Shown here one piece after another: positions 62,745 to 64,000 of a stretch of 64,000 bases of DNA. The notes under the pieces were generated by a model. It had not been told where the DNA came from. It saw nothing but the letters and a program-made list of their open reading frames with translations, and ran no database searches. The position numbers were made by a program, and so were the translations under genes. Positions within the stretch are counted from its first letter, which is position 1. Each line of letters starts with the position of its first letter. Source of the DNA: Pseudomonadota bacterium (GTDB lineage Bacteria > Pseudomonadota > Gammaproteobacteria > Xanthomonadales > SZUA-38); contig JBCDKA010000002.1 in the NCBI GenBank assembly GCA_038747195.1, positions 19,616 to 83,615 of the forward strand, in the 5' to 3' direction.

Positions 62745-64000
62745 CTAACCCTCCAGCTTGGCGAGCGAACTCATCAAGAGCTCATAGTCGTCCGTTTCCT
62801 TAAGGTATGGCTGAGCCGCCTCCATCAGGGCTTTGCCTTCGGCGATCTTGCCCTCGAGAACGCGACATCGACCCAGATGAAATCGGCTTTGATTGCTGGA
62901 GACCGAGTCTTCACCGCGCAGCTCGAGCCGCAGGGCCATGGTGGCGGCGATACGCTTACAGCCCTCAACGCTTTTGCCATTGGCCAGCAGGATCTTGCCC
63001 AGCTCGTGGCTGGCACCCGCCGTGTGTAGATGGTTGTCGGGCAGCGTTGAGCTGAGCACGCGCACCGTTTCCCGCCAGTAGGATTCGGCCCGATCCAGCT
63101 GGCCCAGATCTCGAGCAACCCGTCCGAGATAGCCCAAGGTCCAAGCCATCTTGGGATGATCGCCGCGATAGATCTCTCGTTCGCGATCCCGGACCTGACG
63201 CAGCAGGCGCTCTGATTCGGTGAGGTTGCCCAAGCCGATTTCCAGCACCGCCAAGTTGCGCAGCGTGGTCAGGGTTCGAGGGTGGGTTGGACCGAGTCCC
63301 GCTTCCTGAATGGCGGCTGCTTCCCGGTATAGCTCGCCGGCCTCGGCACGGCGAGCCTGCTTGTGCAGCACCACACCGTAGTCCGCTTTGGATAGCGCCA
63401 GCGCGAGGTCGTCAGCCGGCAACAGCTGGCTCCGAAGCTCAAGCGCCTGGCGGTGAAACTCGCCGGATTTCGCGTTGTCGCGCAGCTCGGAGTAGGTCAC
63501 GCCCAGCGAAGAGTAGATTTTTGCTAGCGCCAGCGGATCAAAGCCTGCGCTGTCGCGGGCGATGGTGAGCGCTCGCCCGAGGTTGTCTAAAGCGGCGGTG
63601 AATTCGCCGGCGCCGCGCTGGGAATTCCCCAGCTGACGCAGCGTGGCTGCGACGCTCGCCGCGGACGCCCCGGCCTGATCTTTTAAGGCCAGGCTGCGCT
63701 GAAAATGATCGATCGCGGCGGGATACTCTGCCAGCGAGTGGTAGATACCGCCGAGATTGTCGAGCATCTCCGCCTTGAGAACCGGCTGATCGGCGAGCCG
63801 GCCCTCTAGCACCACGCTTCCCTGGTCGACCATCTCTTTGATGGTGAGCTCCTGTCCCAGGCTGACCTCCGGGGAAGCGTTGCTGAACAGCTCCTGCAGA
63901 AACCCCGAGATTTCTTGGGCTTTGGCGGTCTCGAGGCGCGCTGCGTCGCGCTGCTCGGCAATCCGCTTGGACTGCCAGGTCACCGTTCCGGCATAAGCCA
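62745..64000 (-). CDS. TPR-repeat sensor protein, N-terminus beyond the window (likely post-TM part of a kinase-type or similar sensor)
   Basis: The frame remains open to nt 64000 (..AYAGTVTWQSKRIAEQRDAARLETAKAQEISGFLQELF). This juxtamembrane pattern plus TPR_12-like repeats is typical of membrane sensor proteins. The output domain is not visible. Confidence 0.75.
   Translation of the reverse strand, partial: AYAGTVTWQSKRIAEQRDAARLETAKAQEISGFLQELFSNASPEVSLGQELTIKEMVDQGSVVLEGRLADQPVLKAEMLDNLGGIYHSLAEYPAAIDHFQRSLALKDQAGASAASVAATLRQLGNSQRGAGEFTAALDNLGRALTIARDSAGFDPLALAKIYSSLGVTYSELRDNAKSGEFHRQALELRSQLLPADDLALALSKADYGVVLHKQARRAEAGELYREAAAIQEAGLGPTHPRTLTTLRNLAVLEIGLGNLTESERLLRQVRDREREIYRGDHPKMAWTLGYLGRVARDLGQLDRAESYWRETVRVLSSTLPDNHLHTAGASHELGKILLANGKSVEGCKRIAATMALRLELRGEDSVSSNQSRFHLGRCRVLEGKIAEGKALMEAAQPYLKETDDYELLMSSLAKLEG

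Noticed and set aside
1-64000. Search for CRISPR arrays, tRNA/rRNA genes, IS elements, integrases, and prophage or classical defence genes (RM, TA, Cas)
   Set aside because: None were recognised by eye. The only repeats are intragenic protein-module repeats, and the TIR gene lacks partners from known defence systems (no SIR2, ThsA-like, STING or helicase neighbours).

Overview
GC-rich chromosomal segment of a Gram-negative, proteobacterial-type genome, judged from a TonB-dependent receptor, lipoprotein signal peptides and LytTR/LysR/MarR regulators. About 45 densely packed protein-coding genes lie on both strands. By eye I found no rRNA, tRNA, CRISPR array, transposase or integrase. Three gene classes dominate. 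(i) Very large Sec-exported adhesin-like proteins of beta-helix, Calx-beta and NHL types. (ii) Exported hydrolases: two S9 peptidases, two S33-type alpha/beta hydrolases, an esterase, a serine hydrolase, a sulfatase and a legumain-like C13 module. (iii) Single-pass membrane sensors with TPR regions fused to different cytoplasmic outputs: two winged-helix, one ECF sigma plus Ser/Thr kinase pair, one TIR, and one cut by the window edge. The most interesting signal is a short tail, [FL]-x-[DNS]-[GS]-[FL]-E, at or near the extreme C-terminus of eight otherwise unrelated exported proteins. It matches no sorting signal I know. One carrier holds an intact legumain/GPI8-type (C13) His/Cys dyad, a family that processes C-terminal Asx-containing signals, so I propose, as inference only, a C-terminal tail plus C13 processing system. 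Other points: a TIR-TM-TPR gene 6 nt upstream of a carbamoyltransferase/SxtJ-like/50-aa DUF5989-like triad (the 50-aa gene is missing from the ORF track); an ECF sigma translationally coupled to a non-RD kinase; a near-identical 363/366-bp tandem duplication inside a Calx-beta gene; and a twin-palindrome operator at a hydrolase-MarR operon. All functional calls rest on motifs recognised by eye, with no database search. Many start codons were revised from the ORF track using signal peptides, SD-like sequences and stop/start overlaps.
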